From contig JBHLKY010000003.1 in NCBI GenBank assembly GCA_048886185.1, forward strand, positions 156,806 through 180,805: a DNA stretch of 24,000 bases. The letters are read 5' to 3'. The translations under genes were made by a program, and so were the position numbers. The DNA comes from Candidatus Hermodarchaeota archaeon. Lineage in GTDB: Archaea > Asgardarchaeota > Heimdallarchaeia > Hodarchaeales > Hodarchaeaceae. A model generated the notes under the pieces. It did not search any database, was not told the DNA's origin, and worked only from the letters and a program-made list of their open reading frames with translations. Below are positions 23,123 through 24,000 of the stretch, piece after piece (positions within the stretch are counted from its first letter, which is position 1; every line of letters starts with the position of its first letter).

Positions 23123-24000
23123 TTAGTTGGTTTTCTGAGATTTTGAGATTTTTGGATGTTTATTCTTATTTATAATCTTCTCAAAGTCAATAAACCCCAT
23201 TCCTTCTAGATCTGAAATCTTAATTATCGTCAGATGGGAATTTTCTATTGATGAATCAATGGAATCGACATTATCATCATCTAAGAACCATACCGCTTTC
23301 TTTTGGAGGAATTTTGAAAGGCTTTCAATCAATAGCAATCTATCAGTATCCTCTTTTTCATTCGAGGATGTTACACCAGTAATCATCGGATAAGTGGAAT
23401 CTTTTCGACCTTTAAGAACGATTTTATCTTTATTCGGTTCAGAGAGACCATCAAAAGGCTCTGATCTAAACCAAAGAACATTAAATCCTTTATCTGTTAA
23501 ATAATTCGTAATTTCTTTTTGTAATTGGGATCGTGGTTGCTCATAACCTTTTAATATGTTTTGGCCGATGTTTTTGAATTGATTCTCTAGAATATCTAAA
23601 GGAACATCAAGATTTTCCCCTAAAATGGTACTAAGAATTTTAAAGTACTGCATTTTTGGAAAACTTTCACCTTTTTCATATTTATAAAGTGATTGTCGTG
23701 AAATTCCAACTTTATTTGCTAGAATTGCCATGTCTAGTTGTAATTGGTCTCTTCGCGCTTTGAATTTCTCCTTAGAAAGATTAACATAAACTCCTCCTCT
23801 ATCTGCAAACTTTGAGATTTTAGCTTGATTTAATCCCTTTTCATATTGAAGAAACATTTGTAAAGTCTTTAATGAAATTGCAGAAACATTATGTCTCCGA
23901 TACAATGTTGCTTGCTTGATCGATTTTCCTGCAGCTGAATGAGCAATAAGTAAGGGAAATCCTGAGATTAATTTTGAGATCAGTTGTAAATCGATGGATG
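23123..24000 (-). CDS. HTH (XRE/HTH_3-type) transcriptional regulator, archaeal COG1395-like; 5'-truncated by the window edge
   Basis: HTH core: LDMAILANKVGISRQSLYKYEKGES. The track 'start' at 23905 is a TTG. Translating upstream in frame by hand (...SIDLQLISKLISGFPLLIAHSAAGKSIKQAT-) shows no stop up to position 24000, so the gene very likely continues beyond the window. Confidence 0.7.
   Translation of the reverse strand, partial: SIDLQLISKLISGFPLLIAHSAAGKSIKQATLYRRHNVSAISLKTLQMFLQYEKGLNQAKISKFADRGGVYVNLSKEKFKARRDQLQLDMAILANKVGISRQSLYKYEKGESFPKMQYFKILSTILGENLDVPLDILENQFKNIGQNILKGYEQPRSQLQKEITNYLTDKGFNVLWFRSEPFDGLSEPNKDKIVLKGRKDSTYPMITGVTSSNEKEDTDRLLLIESLSKFLQKKAVWFLDDDNVDSIDSSIENSHLTIIKISDLEGMGFIDFEKIINKNKHPKISKSQKTN

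Noticed and set aside
1-24000. CRISPR arrays, rRNA genes, transposases/IS elements, toxin-antitoxin or known defence-system genes
   Set aside because: I looked for regularly spaced direct repeats, rRNA-like GC-rich blocks, DDE/integrase/HNH/nuclease motifs and small paired ORFs, and found none.

Overview
This is a visibly AT-rich archaeal chromosomal window. No taxon can be assigned without a database search. The gene content, the ~45 N-x-S/T sequons I hand-counted in the 1175-aa surface protein, and the multi-intron tRNAs would fit an Asgard/TACK-like lineage, but that is only an impression.

Roughly 11.2-24 kb is a patchwork of archaeal/eukaryotic-type information-processing genes:
- tRNA-Ile(GAU) with a non-canonical intron
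- uS9-uL13-eL18-Rpo3(RpoD) on the minus strand
- a DUF655-KsgA/Dim1 pair
- a divergent TFB
- two tandem EF-1alpha-family GTPase paralogues
- uS10-uS7
- a tRNA-Ser(UGA) that appears to need three introns
- a small 3-TM membrane protein
- an edge-truncated HTH regulator

The first ~11 kb is the accessory part. A UPF0282-like MBL-fold gene is followed by two divergently transcribed operons. These encode a divergent FlaI/VirB11/TadA-like secretion ATPase, a small CxxC protein, a FlaJ/TadC-like polytopic platform protein, a 1175-aa surface protein with an N-terminal signal/anchor and a C-terminal TM anchor, a 485-aa membrane-anchored protein of unknown fold, and several tiny hydrophobic ORFs. I could not recognise a pilin/class III signal peptide or a prepilin peptidase.

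The best candidates for something undescribed:
1. The pilin-less ATPase/platform/giant-glycoprotein module.
2. The tandem EF-1alpha pair: one copy has large G-domain insertions, the other has an intact G domain but degenerate domains II/III.
3. The heavily interrupted tRNAs.

No CRISPR array, transposase, integrase or rRNA was seen. All functional calls come from motif recognition by eye and memory of family consensus sequences. None is backed by a search.
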